A DNA stretch of 64,000 nt. It comes from the human T2T-CHM13v2.0 reference genome, Homo sapiens. Of this stretch, positions 52,711 to 64,000 are shown piece by piece; the first letter of the stretch is position 1, and each line of letters opens with the position of its first letter. Position numbers and translations under genes: made by a program. The notes beneath the pieces are model-generated. The model was not told where the DNA came from. It did not search any database and was given only the letters and a program-made list of their open reading frames with translations. The stretch lies in NCBI RefSeq assembly GCF_009914755.1, contig NC_060929.1, one strand, 5' to 3'.

Positions 52711-53799
52711 ATTAATGCTTCCTAAACCAAGCCAGGCTTGAGCTCAAGTCAGCGTGGGTGCATAGCTGGTGAGAATAACACATTATTTTCCTTAGAAATC
52801 TCTGCATAAGATTTAATATTTTACCAGACTCAGCTTTATACATGTCAATTTAGTACTCTTAAGCATCTGTTTACTGTTTGATAAATATTTTTGTTGGCAT
52901 GACAAAGTTGAGAATTCCTGAGTTTGTTTATGCTAATGTACTTATTCAAATTAATCAATAAATATTTTTTAATGTAATATAGCATTTTCTCATTAGCCAT
53001 GACTTCCATTTCCATGCTGATCTTGATTTCTGCTTCCTGGCAGAAAACTTGGCTTCTTTTCACTTTGGCAGGGCTGCAGTTTATAAGTTATTCATTCCCT
53101 TTTTGGCTCTTCCACACTCAATTCTGGGCCACATGTCTTCTGTCATGGCGTGTAGCTGGAGTCAGCCACAGGAGTAGCGTTCAACGATGTGATTAACATG
53201 AGCGCTTGGACTTGTACCTACAGAATAACAGAAAGGAGAATGTTGCTTCATCAGCCCTAGAAAGATCAGATATCAGAAGACCTTTGAGAAACACATTGGA
53301 AAGAATTAAAGTACTCTTCCTTCTCTGCAGTTCCCCTGGAAATCTATGCATGCATATCAATAATGCATATTGTGATAAAATTGAAAGAGAGAGATGTACA
53401 CACACACATAATATACATAACATATACATATATATTTATATACATCTTCCAATCAGTTCTTCTAATGGAGAAGACACATAGGTGTTCAACAGTAACCAAA
53501 AATAGAATTCAAAGTGTATTTACTTTTCTGCTGTCACCCTCAAGGATGTCTTACCATTTCCTCCTGACACCTTGTTGAATGGGAGACACCTAGAACTGAA
53601 AGAGACAGCAGTAATATACCTCATCATTTCTCAGGCGAAAGGTCAAGAGGTTATGTAATTTACCCATTGTCCACTTAAAGAGTGACAGAGCTGAGACCAG
53701 AATGTTCTCCTGGCTTCTGTCATTGAAAAATCAGATTATTTAATGAGTTCCTCAGTGAAATCTTATTCAAAGTGTAATGAGGCATTCGGTCACACAATC

Positions 53800-54700
53800 A
53801 TGCATTCACTCCTGTATCCATCCAACAAATGTTTATTGTTTGTCTTCCTATGCCAGGCAATGGCCTCTGTGTTCTGTACTGGGAACAAAATATTGAAGAA
53901 GGCACAGTCTGGGCTCACTAACACCTACGCTTGAAGCAAACAGGTGACTTTGGCAGAGTTCAGGAGCCATTAGCAAAGTGAATGTTGACAGCTAACACAG
54001 CACACAGCACCTAGCCTAGCTGTGGGTGGGGAGGGCATCCTTAGGGAGGAGGTGGTTGAAAGTTTGTCTGGAGAATTGGTGGGGATAGCCTTAGCAAAGG
54101 ACTGGGTGGAAATGACGTGATGGAACCAGCCATCCAGGTCCCGGGGGAGCGTGCTCCAGTGCGGGTCTGAGGCTGCAGGGTCAAAGAAAGGAGGAGGAAG
54201 AAATAAAGAAGGTGGGATGCCTGGGGTATATCATATCTTGTAATATACTGAAGGGCTTTGGCCTTGTCCAACGTGTTAGAAGACTTCAGAGCTGGAGCTG
54301 AGCTTATTTGACTGCTTCCCATTTTAGAAAGACCCCCACTGCAGAAGAGAAGGTGAGGGAAAAGGAGGACAGGAGGAAAGAAGCCAGTTAGGAGGTGATT
54401 CTCTAGGTGACAGAGGTTGCTGAGAACTGGGCAGAGCAGTAGGTTGAGGAAGGGGCAGGTTCTGAAGTGTGAATGGCAGGAGCCTGCTTCACTGGATGTG
54501 GACTGGTAAGAAGGAAAGAACAGTCAGGTATGAAAGCAGGTTTCTGCATGGGCAGCTGGGCACATGGGCAGATATTGACTACGCTAAGATTATAAACGGA
54601 GGGACAGCTTTTGGAGGGAAGGTGACAGTTTCCATTTGCAAACAGCTGCATTTGAGTTCTCTGCATGTGACAGAGACCAATGGATTGTCTCCCAGTACTT
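53800..54700 (-). mobile_element. Fragmented LINE-2
   Basis: catccaacaaatgtttattg...ctatgccaggca; ttttagaaagacccc; ggtttctgcatgggcagctggg. Confidence 0.65.
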
Positions 54701-54999
54701 GTTCTCTTCTTCTTCCTCTGTTGTAAGATGATCTCTGTGGCTGGGTACGTCTCACCCAGAATAGAGATATGTCACTGCATCCCTTAGTGCTCGGTATAGC
54801 CAATGGCATGTGAGAAGTGATGGTGTACATCCTAGTGATGTCCTGGAGAGGTGCCATTCTGGAATGACAGGGGCAAGACAACAGTGAAAGTGATGGGCCA
54901 CAGAGTCCAAGGTGGAGAGGAACAGAGGTAAATGAAGGGGAAGAGTATAGGGGAAATTAGTTAGGTTAAAAGTCCAGAGGAGAAGTCTTATATTTAGAG

Positions 55000-55253
55000 G
55001 AATGTTTCTCAACCAGAGGGAGACTGTTACCCCCCAGGAAACAGTTGTCAATGTTTGTGAGCAGTCTGGATTGTCATAAAAGGGGTTGGGGGTCTTGCTG
55101 ACCTCTGGTGGGTAAAGGGTACTAAAGTCTAGTCTATGTCTCAGTCTATTGGACAGATGCTGCTAAATATCCTGCAGTTTGCACGTCAGCCCCCCACAGC
55201 AAAGAGCCATGTCGCTCAAAATGCTGATAGCGCTGAGGGTGAGAAACCATGGT
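55000..55253 (+). mobile_element. MER20
   Basis: tttctcaaccagaggg...gatgctgctaaatatcctgcag...gctgagggtgagaaacc. Confidence 0.8.
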
Positions 55254-56859
55254 TTAGAGTATAGGCAGATGTGGTAAATGTGTGCAGTGAACTTGCAAGT
55301 CATTAAGGAATGGCAAGGGCTGTGGTAAGCTGTACAGTGCATGACCTATCTGAAGGGGTTCAAATTCTTTAAACATGTACACATAACTATGCACTCTGCA
55401 AGCTAATCAGAGTACATCTGACTGACCAGGCTCAGTCCACAGGCTGCCAGTTGCCTTCCTCTGGACTTAAAGTTTTGGCTAGTCTTAAGAACTTACTCAG
55501 ATTCAATAAGCGAGTGAGAAAACACACCCAATCAAGATTTCTCAATGCATTACATATATAAAGTAAACTTGAGTTTTCATCCTATGTAACTTGCAAGGAA
55601 ATGCATTACATGATTGATTTCTTAAATTCTGTAAGCTCTAAGCCATGGTTTATTTTTGTCAGGTAGTGGGACACATGACAGCCTGTTTTTAGCTAATATT
55701 TGATGTGATTTCCTCCAAAGACAAAGCTATTGGTGAAGCTTAGAAGGAGGAGTCCCTGAAAGAAAATCTGCATTCTAATTACTAAAATGCATTTTCTAAA
55801 GACAAAGAGAAAGCTTAAAAAATACCATGTGCCAGCAACATAGGTACAGAAATAGGATATGTATGTGTAGAAAATTGATAGCCAAGCAAGCTACAGCAGA
55901 AGAACACCTTTATTTTTGAGTTTGAGCTGCAGTCATTGAGTTACATTTAATAAAATTCCAGGATCATGACAGGCTTTCCGCTTTCTGATGTGATGACTTC
56001 CCTGCAGTTGCCTTTTGCATCTTTAATCCTTATCTGAAGAAGCTCAGGACATTGTTTCATGAGCAGAGTGAGAATTAGAACAGTTCTGCAGCCTTTCTTT
56101 CTTCACTTATTATTCTTTCCTGAAAAGTTGTTATGCAGAAATGATGGGTACATCTCTTGGTATCAACTACATCAGTGCCCACAGGGACAATTAGTGTTTG
56201 AAGACAGGCACAATATTTAAAGGCTGTTATCTCCTGGGTTGTATCTTTGGAGGCTTTTCTGTGGGAGCTGGCATGGAGCACTTAATTTATCAGAACAAAT
56301 ATGCAGAGATGTGGACATCTGCCTCAGTGCGAGAGTGTCCTAGGCTCACCTTCCCAAGCATTCACAGCAGAAAATGTATGTGACCGCTTCAGGATTCAGT
56401 CATGTGTTCAAGAGAGAAATGCAGTGCAGTTTTTTCCAGAAATCTCCCCAGTTGACAATATTTTCAAAGGAAGCCTTCTGATATTGGCTACAATTTTGCT
56501 CTGGGCACCAACTCTCACCCAGGGGTGCTTCCAGCCTGGATTGGGCTTGGCTTGGTGGGGAGAGATTGGGAGTTTGCCGACAGTGTGGGATACTTGTGGT
56601 ACTCGCCCCAAGAGCAGTTTTGCTTTGGGGTTCAAATCTCTGACTTCAAAACCATTTAAAAAAAGGGGGGCCATTGTCCCCACTGAAATAAAAGAAAATC
56701 AGTCATGCCCTAAGACACTTCACTATGGAACGATTGCTCTCCTGTCCCCAGCTGGAGCTACATTATTTATTCTTGCACCTATTTATGTATTGTCCCTTTT
56801 TCCTGGGTAAAGTTTAGCAAACTGCTTAAGAGCAATTAACCACTAACTACTTTCCTCCC

Positions 56860-57070
56860 ACTGGTTCTAATCCCAACTCCTCCACCTCCTTACTTTGGAT
56901 TGTTTAGCAAGCCATGCAACCTATTTGGTCTCCAATTTCTTCTTCATAGAAATGGGAGAAATAATAATATCTACAACATTAAGTGCTGAGAGAATTAAGC
57001 AAGACAATACTTAGAAATTGTTTAGACCTGGAACTGATATATGGGAAGTGGTTGATAAATATTTGTTGAG
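56860..57070 (+). mobile_element. MIR
   Basis: aatttcttcttcatagaaatgggagaaataataatatctac...gagaattaag. Confidence 0.6.
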
Positions 57071-58249
57071 TGGAAGAAAGAATATTGAATTAAGAGCACA
57101 CTGTCTGCATGCAAGTAGAGCAGTTCTAAAATCGCCTGGGAATAATAGGAGAGGGTGCATTTCCGTGCAAAAGAAGAGACCCGTTTTTTCAGTCAACAAC
57201 CTTGAATGCTGCAAACATGAGTTTATAGACCCCCTTTAAGGTGAAAGTTAGCAGAGCTATTTCAGGGTCTGGTCTCCCCTCCCATGACTTTGCCCCCTTC
57301 TGTTGCTCATTCTCACCCCTTCAAGCTTCTCTTATACTCATGATGGTTTTATAAATTCGAGCGTCTAAGCTTGGCAGCACAGCCTACTCCAAAAGAGAAC
57401 CATGAATGTGGGAGGAGCCTGTCATCCAAGCTCTGTTTCTCTTCAAGACTGAATCTGGGAGGGGCTGATTCTCAAGGATGAAGGGAAGTGAGCCCACAGT
57501 TTCAGCATCATCAGGGAGGGAGCTGGAGTCTGTGCCCCTCTGGACAGATCATAGTGTTCCTTTTCTTATGCTTTTCAGAGGAGCCTCATTGCCTCCCTGA
57601 GTTTAGGATGGTAATGCTATGCTGCCAGCATTCTTAAGGATGGGAACCGGACTGGCTGATTAATCCCTATTACTTTTGCATCCAATGAGAATTAAAACTT
57701 TGGAGAATATAGACAACAATAATTTGCATGTAGGATAACATCTGCCACGAAGTAGAATGAGTGAATTATCATGACTCCAGCTTCTAGTTAGAGAAAATCT
57801 TTTAGAGACATGACCTCTGGTTTTTATTTTGGAGGAAGAAATGCACATTAGTACAAAGTTGTCCCTGTACTCGGTGGGATCATTCCTGCTCTGTGTAATT
57901 CTGACACCACTGAAACGACCACATTCTCAGCCTTTTTTTCCATGGACTGCAAGGCAGACAAGTGGGGGTTACCAGTGTGGGCTTCAAAGTCATGAGGTCC
58001 CTGCCCTGAAGACTCCTCACAGGTGGAATGGCCTTGCCAAGGCTCAACCTCCTCTTACTCTACGTGAGGGAGAAGAATCAGCACTTCACAGAGGGGCTTT
58101 CCAGAGCTTTTACCCTGAAGCTGCAGCTTGTGGGCACACCACGTGAGTGAATGAGTGACCTCTCCCCACGTCAGAGCAGCTGAGAAAATCCTAAGCATTC
58201 AGGGACGGAGGACATAGGTTGGTGTGCACATACTTGCATGAATTTGCAT

Positions 58250-58580
58250 CTGTCGCAATAGCTAGGGTAAGCGGTGATAAAAATGGCTCCCAAATCAAAG
58301 TGCCTGAACAATAGTGGTTTCTCACTTGTATTTGTCCACTGTAGGGGGACTGCCACTTTGCACCATGAATGGGACCCAGGCTCAAAGTCACTATCTGTGA
58401 CACTGCTGGTCCCAAAGAGGAGGGAAAGGAAAGCATGATGAGGCCCACAGTGGCTCTTAAGGCTTTTGTTAGAAGGAGCACATATCACTGCTGCTTACAT
58501 GTCACTGGTCCTACCAAGGTACATTGCCTCCCAGGGGGGCATGGGAGGGAGAGTCAACACATTTCAGAACGATAGTCCAG
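58250..58580 (-). mobile_element. Old MLT1 (K-like) LTR fragment
   Basis: ggctcttaaggctttt...cacatatcactgctgcttacatgtcactgg. Confidence 0.5.
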
Positions 58581-61500
58581 TCCATTGCAAGTGTAGCATG
58601 TACATAACTGCATCATGTATCTGTCATCTGTAGCATAGAGTTGCTCTGAGGGGTTGCATTTGAACATAAAAAAATATTCTGTTTTGCTCCTTGGGACCTT
58701 TCATCAAATCGATACCAATGTGCTACCACTTTTTCCTTCTTCTTCTTATCTCCTTCTGTCAATGATATTATCAGCATCTCCACTTTGTCCTCCTCCTCAG
58801 AAGAAATCCAAAGGCTGGCGCCACCACCTGGCTGGCCTTCTGTACCTTATGTTGAGGGTTTTTGGCCAGTGCCCAGGAGCATGGTCTGTCTTCACCCATT
58901 CTCTCCCCAGCGTGCCTCTACTGGCATTGCCCCTGTCAGACTGGATGGCATTGCTTACCTATGCATGGATACTCTTTGAGAGGCAAGTCAAATCAGACTT
59001 GACTCCCCTGTGGAGCATTTTGCTTTTTCACTTTATGGTGTGTGAGTGTGGCGGTCATGTTTGCAGGATGAGATTCCCCTTTGGGTGATTTTCTCACACT
59101 GGTGCTGATCTATGCTTGCTCAGGCTTTGCAGGTGCACCAGCCTGCAGGGCTGACTTGGGTGCTGGTGTGCCACAAGGTGCCCTGTGCCTATTCCAGGGA
59201 GCACAGCTGCAGCTCTCATCTGATGACCTCCATAGACTCTTATCCAAGGATTGAATATTTTTCCACCTTTTGAGTGATTCTCATTTCCCTAGAGGCTCTA
59301 TTTTAGAGAATTGAATTGACTGTTGATGATAAACAGTTCCGGTTTAGAAATACCAATTTACTGTCATCAGTGACTGAAGGCATACTTTATAATTTGACTT
59401 GATTAGCACTTTCTTCTCTAACTGCTAACTGAAGAGTCATCACATGTGAGTGATAATTTCATTCTTTCCAGCATCTTTTAACAATGTACTCTCTAAAAAT
59501 GTTCTGGTCATCTCCTTGAACCTGCAAATCCAGCTGGATGGAAAGAGCTGGCTGTGAAGCTGGAAGACGAGTTCCATCCAGTCTCAACTCGCAGGTGACG
59601 ACCACCTGGCTTCACTCCCTTGGAGCCACATCTATGTCTGTTGTGCCTTTTTTTTTTTTTTTTGTCAAAACATGTTTAAATCTAAATGATATTATATGTG
59701 ACCAGGGTTTGTTAAGTGAGAAAATAAGATATGCATGCAAGGAAAGCACTTGCTGTCTTATAAAAGGGTCACCTGATTTGCTGAAGTGCCTAGTGACTTT
59801 AATATGCACAAAACATTCCAGTTTCCTAGGCTGTGAAAGAAGCAGGCTGACTTTCCCTCTGCACACAGATATGAAAACACTGGCCTTTAAAGTCGCTCCT
59901 CAGTAATCTCAGCCCTTCTTCATCCTCCTCCCACAAGTCAGAGACACTGCAAGGAACATACGACCCAGACTCAGCCTCCTCCCTGGGTGCTAGTTCTGGA
60001 TCCCACTTGGAGTCTCCTTGCCCTCAGGCCATCTGGACTTGCAGTCTTCGCCACCGTGTGGGAATTTGATCCCTTGGGTTCTTTCCTCTGCGTGGTGCTA
60101 GTGGTTGGGCACTTGGGTGCAGCAGGATGTAGTCATCTCTAGGACGGTGGAAAGTAAGTTCTAGAAAGGGCCTCCCATGGTTCTTTGAAGAGCTGTGCTC
60201 TTACATGGACATGGAGGCCTTCAACTCCTTAGCCCAACAGACCTATTGTCCAGATGACCAAGCTGGGCACCAAAGGCTGACCGATTTGGTTGAGGTGGCA
60301 GAGAAAGGGTGGAATCCCATCTTCTCCTACTTCAGAGCCATTTCTACTGCGATGCCTTCTATTCTCCATCCCATGTGAATATGATGACCAATTTTTTTTG
60401 TAAAAGTCAGAGAAAGATAAAGCAAGATCTTTCAAATAGTAAGAGTAAGAGTTTTAACTGATTGATATGAAGCAAAAATTCTACTGAGGGACCTAAGAAA
60501 AAGCTGAATTTTGTAATGGGAAACAGCAACAGTAGCAGTTGTTGGGAGAACAGGGTGATGAAGGCTGAGGCTGGAGGAGGACTGTTATTGTCTGAGACTT
60601 GGAGACGTGGAGCCTGCTGCAAAGGAAGATGCGTGATAGGAGCTGGGGGAGGTGCAGCATAGGCAACATTTTGTGTTGATGGACAACTAGCTTTTTAATA
60701 CTGGAGGACGTTATGAAATGATTTCTGTTTCCTAAGTACATGGGTGAAGGAGCCACAGGTGGCCCAAAGGCTGCTTAGGGATCTGGTGTTTGTCCACTCT
60801 GTTAGCTACTTTCTTTTAGAAGGAGAAAAACTTACAACATCCTTTCTGTTTATCCCATTGATTTAGCATCCTGATGTAATTGAAATTGCCTTTAAAATAA
60901 GAATTACAAAAGAAAAACTTAAAGATTCATATGAAAGGAGTGTTTCATTGTTATCCTCCCGTTTGGAAAGTAAAGGAGCTTTAAGTATCTATTACATGCA
61001 TGGTTTATTGAAGGAACAGGGTATAGTATGTATTTCTATATCTTAGCTTAAAATTTAAGTACAAGTCTTCTTTGCTTCAATTGGATTTTCCTACCAATCG
61101 AAATAGTCTAAAAAAAGACATAAAATGTAGCTACAATGTCTGCCTTGCTTCATTAGTTTAGAAACACTTCAGAGCTCAGATTGTTCTGAACTTTGATCAC
61201 TAGTACATTGAAATTTACTAAATTAACTCTGTATCTCTTATATCAGACATAATTTAAAAGAACAAGTTCTAAGAAAAATGTATTGCTAATGAATAATAAT
61301 TGGAGGTTTAACAAAGGGATGTGTTAAATGGAACCCCCAAATCAAGGGCAAGTTATTAATCAGATAACCTTTGAATATGCCAAAATTAGACAGATTCTCA
61401 GTAGTTGCATGAGCTTTACTAGAAAGAGAAAGAAGTAATAACCAGTGTGCATCCATCAGTTTAATGACAACTTAATTTTTCAAAAGTATCCTTAAGGAAT

Positions 61501-62284
61501 TTCTCCAACAAACTTGGGAAAATAATGTAGCTAAGTTATACCCAGTATATTAAGCACTTAAGTGTGTGTGTTGCTTTCAGATAATTTGGCAGGGCACACA
61601 GCTACATTTGCAAAATGCTAAAATATTAATGGAATTATTAACATTGTCAGATTTTACAAATTGGGCTGAAATTTATCATGGATGCCATAATAGTGGGCTT
61701 TTCCTTCAGATCAGAACATTTTAAATTTAAAAGAAGGAGTCTTGCTTCACCACTTTTGAGCTCAGGCTTTTTTTGGAAACTCATTCAATTGCCCAGCACT
61801 GTGATCACCTAGAGGGCATATGCACACTCAAAGCATGGACCCTGAGCTGTCACCAGGTGCAGTGCTATCTACCATCCACCAGTGGTGCCAGTGTTGAATG
61901 ATGGGGGAAGGCTTGAGTTCTTTTATTAGGCTGGGTGGCAGTTACCAACGTCTTCATTTCAGCTTAAATTCACATGGATTCTTTAGCAGTTCCAACAAAA
62001 GAAAAAATTCTTGTTTTGTACAACATATGAAGTTTACTTTCTATATTTTTTAAACCACCTATTAAAAGTCAGTCATCCTTCTACATTTGGGTCTAAAATA
62101 AAGATTTTAACTTACATTTGGTTGTTAAATGAGGCTCTGAGTGTGGAAAAGGATTACTATATTTGATTCTCTTTTTTTGATCCTAGAATCTGTATCTTTC
62201 AGGAAGGACCGGCTCTGTGTGATTTGGGGTTTAGCATAATCTTATTACAGAATATAGGAGGAGGAGAGACAATGCTTGGAAAAG

Positions 62285-62560
62285 TCTGTTAGGTTTACCA
62301 CAAGCAGATCCTAAGACAAGGGTCTGGTTACAGTAATTTAGTTGGGAAGTGGTTCTCTTTAGCAGGGTGAGGGCGTGGGACCATGAGGTCCGCTCCCTCC
62401 AAAGAGGGAAGTTAGCTCATGAAAGGGGCTGATGGTGGAAGCAGGGCTCAATCTTGCCTGGGACTCTCTGAGCAATGTGCCGACCGATTTCTCACTGAGG
62501 GATGTTGTTGCAAAAGCTGGAGTATTTATTCATCAGCTACCTCTTCATTAGCGGACACAC
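62285..62560 (-). mobile_element. LTR16-like ERVL LTR fragment
   Basis: aagcagatcctaagacaaggg...tttagttgggaagtg...gctggagtatttattcatcagct. Confidence 0.6.
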
Positions 62561-63136
62561 AGGAAAGCATACATTCAGGAAGGAACAATCTACAGTGACC
62601 CCCAAGCAAGGAAGAAGGGAATATGAGTAGGATATTGACAGCCTCAGCTATAAGAAGCATAGCTAGAAACTCATGTAAACACTGGGAAAGTTGACTGATT
62701 GTTTTAAATTCAATGGAAGATGGTATTGAATCCACCTACACACAGGTTATCATCATAAGCTCTGCTAATGGAGAGTTATGTACACTGAGCACCTGTGGCT
62801 TGGTGCATTTCATCTTGTCTCAGCCTTTGACTCATCACCCATCAGAAAGAGTACAAAATGGGTTTTAATCTAATCAAGCCAATCTTAAGACATCTCTGTA
62901 GATGAACAGATGCTACTGGGATTTCCAAATAGATAGCCTAGATCCAGACCCGTAATTATTTATAGTCTACCTGTTAATATTCCTTATCACTGCTTTAGAA
63001 GTTAACATTTGTTTTCAACATGTACTTGCTTTGATTATGACAGATTCAATGGGAAACCTCAAAGCCACATGCCTCCCTTCTCCCATCAGGGACTCCTCTG
63101 TTCATGTCTGAGGATATGACCAGAGAGATCTCCTGA

Positions 63137-63442
<306 letters not shown>

Positions 63443-64000
63443 AGGTCTTTGATGTTTGTGGATGGAAATTTCACACTTTCCTCACCAGCTTTCCTCTATT
63501 GGTATGAATAGACTTTGGATATTACATACTTTGTATGTAATATTTTGGCCTCACACCCAATTATTCCATCTATTAATCAATAAACAGAAAGAATAGGAAG
63601 TGACCACCCACAGGGTGCCTCACTGTAGTGTACGCTCAGGACCTGCAGAAATGGAATTCAGTGGAGGCAGTACTAGCAGAACTCAATCCCTAAACTTACA
63701 GGGCAACTTCTATCTGCTAAACACTTCCATGGGCACATCACGAGTTTGATTACCTTTAGAGTTTCCCAAAGGTCTAACCATTTCATGAGTCACAGAGGCC
63801 AAAGCATAGAGAAATTGAAGACAAGTGGCAAGTTTATGCGTTTTGGGGATTAGTAGCCAAATGTGGGTAGATGATGGAGTAGTTCTTTATATAAAGATGA
63901 TGAAAGCTAGCAATAGAAGCACATTAACTTAGAACAAACCCCCTGGTTTTTTCAAGTGGGTTCTGAGACGAGAGCGGGATCAGGCCATGCCCTTTCAAAA

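Noticed and set aside
56301-56810. 169-aa plus-strand ORF
   Set aside because: No similarity to adenylyl cyclase or any family I recognise, and no convincing splice signals.
61806-61818. CTCF-like CACCTAGAGGGCA
   Set aside because: Two core mismatches; such matches are expected by chance in 64 kb without ChIP support.

Overview
Primate (very probably human) genomic DNA, not prokaryotic. The window holds one clear protein-coding exon on the + strand (1003-1152). It encodes ILANVIIFICGNLAGAYHKHLMELALQQTYQDTCNCIKSRIKLEFEKRQQ, which I recognise as adenylyl cyclase 2 (ADCY2; end of the M1 transmembrane cassette and start of the helical linker to C1a, probably exon 4). The remaining ~63 kb looks like one long intron with no further recognisable ADCY2 exon. 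It is filled with Alu, L1, L2, MIR, solo LTRs (MaLR, ERVL, ERV1) and DNA-transposon fossils. Most interesting is a candidate alternative first exon exapted from an antisense LINE-2 at ~28742-29029. It has a TATA and Inr, a strong-Kozak ATG, 60 codons and a phase-0 CAG|GTGAGC donor, and would give an AC2 lacking the first six transmembrane helices. Also notable: a ~100-bp non-Alu inverted repeat (12835-12936 / 14207-14311) bracketing a THE1 LTR, a dispersed direct duplication 5.2 kb apart, an inverted L1 insertion, and five MLT2 LTRs in 17 kb. Repeat subfamily names and most repeat boundaries come from by-eye recognition and are approximate.
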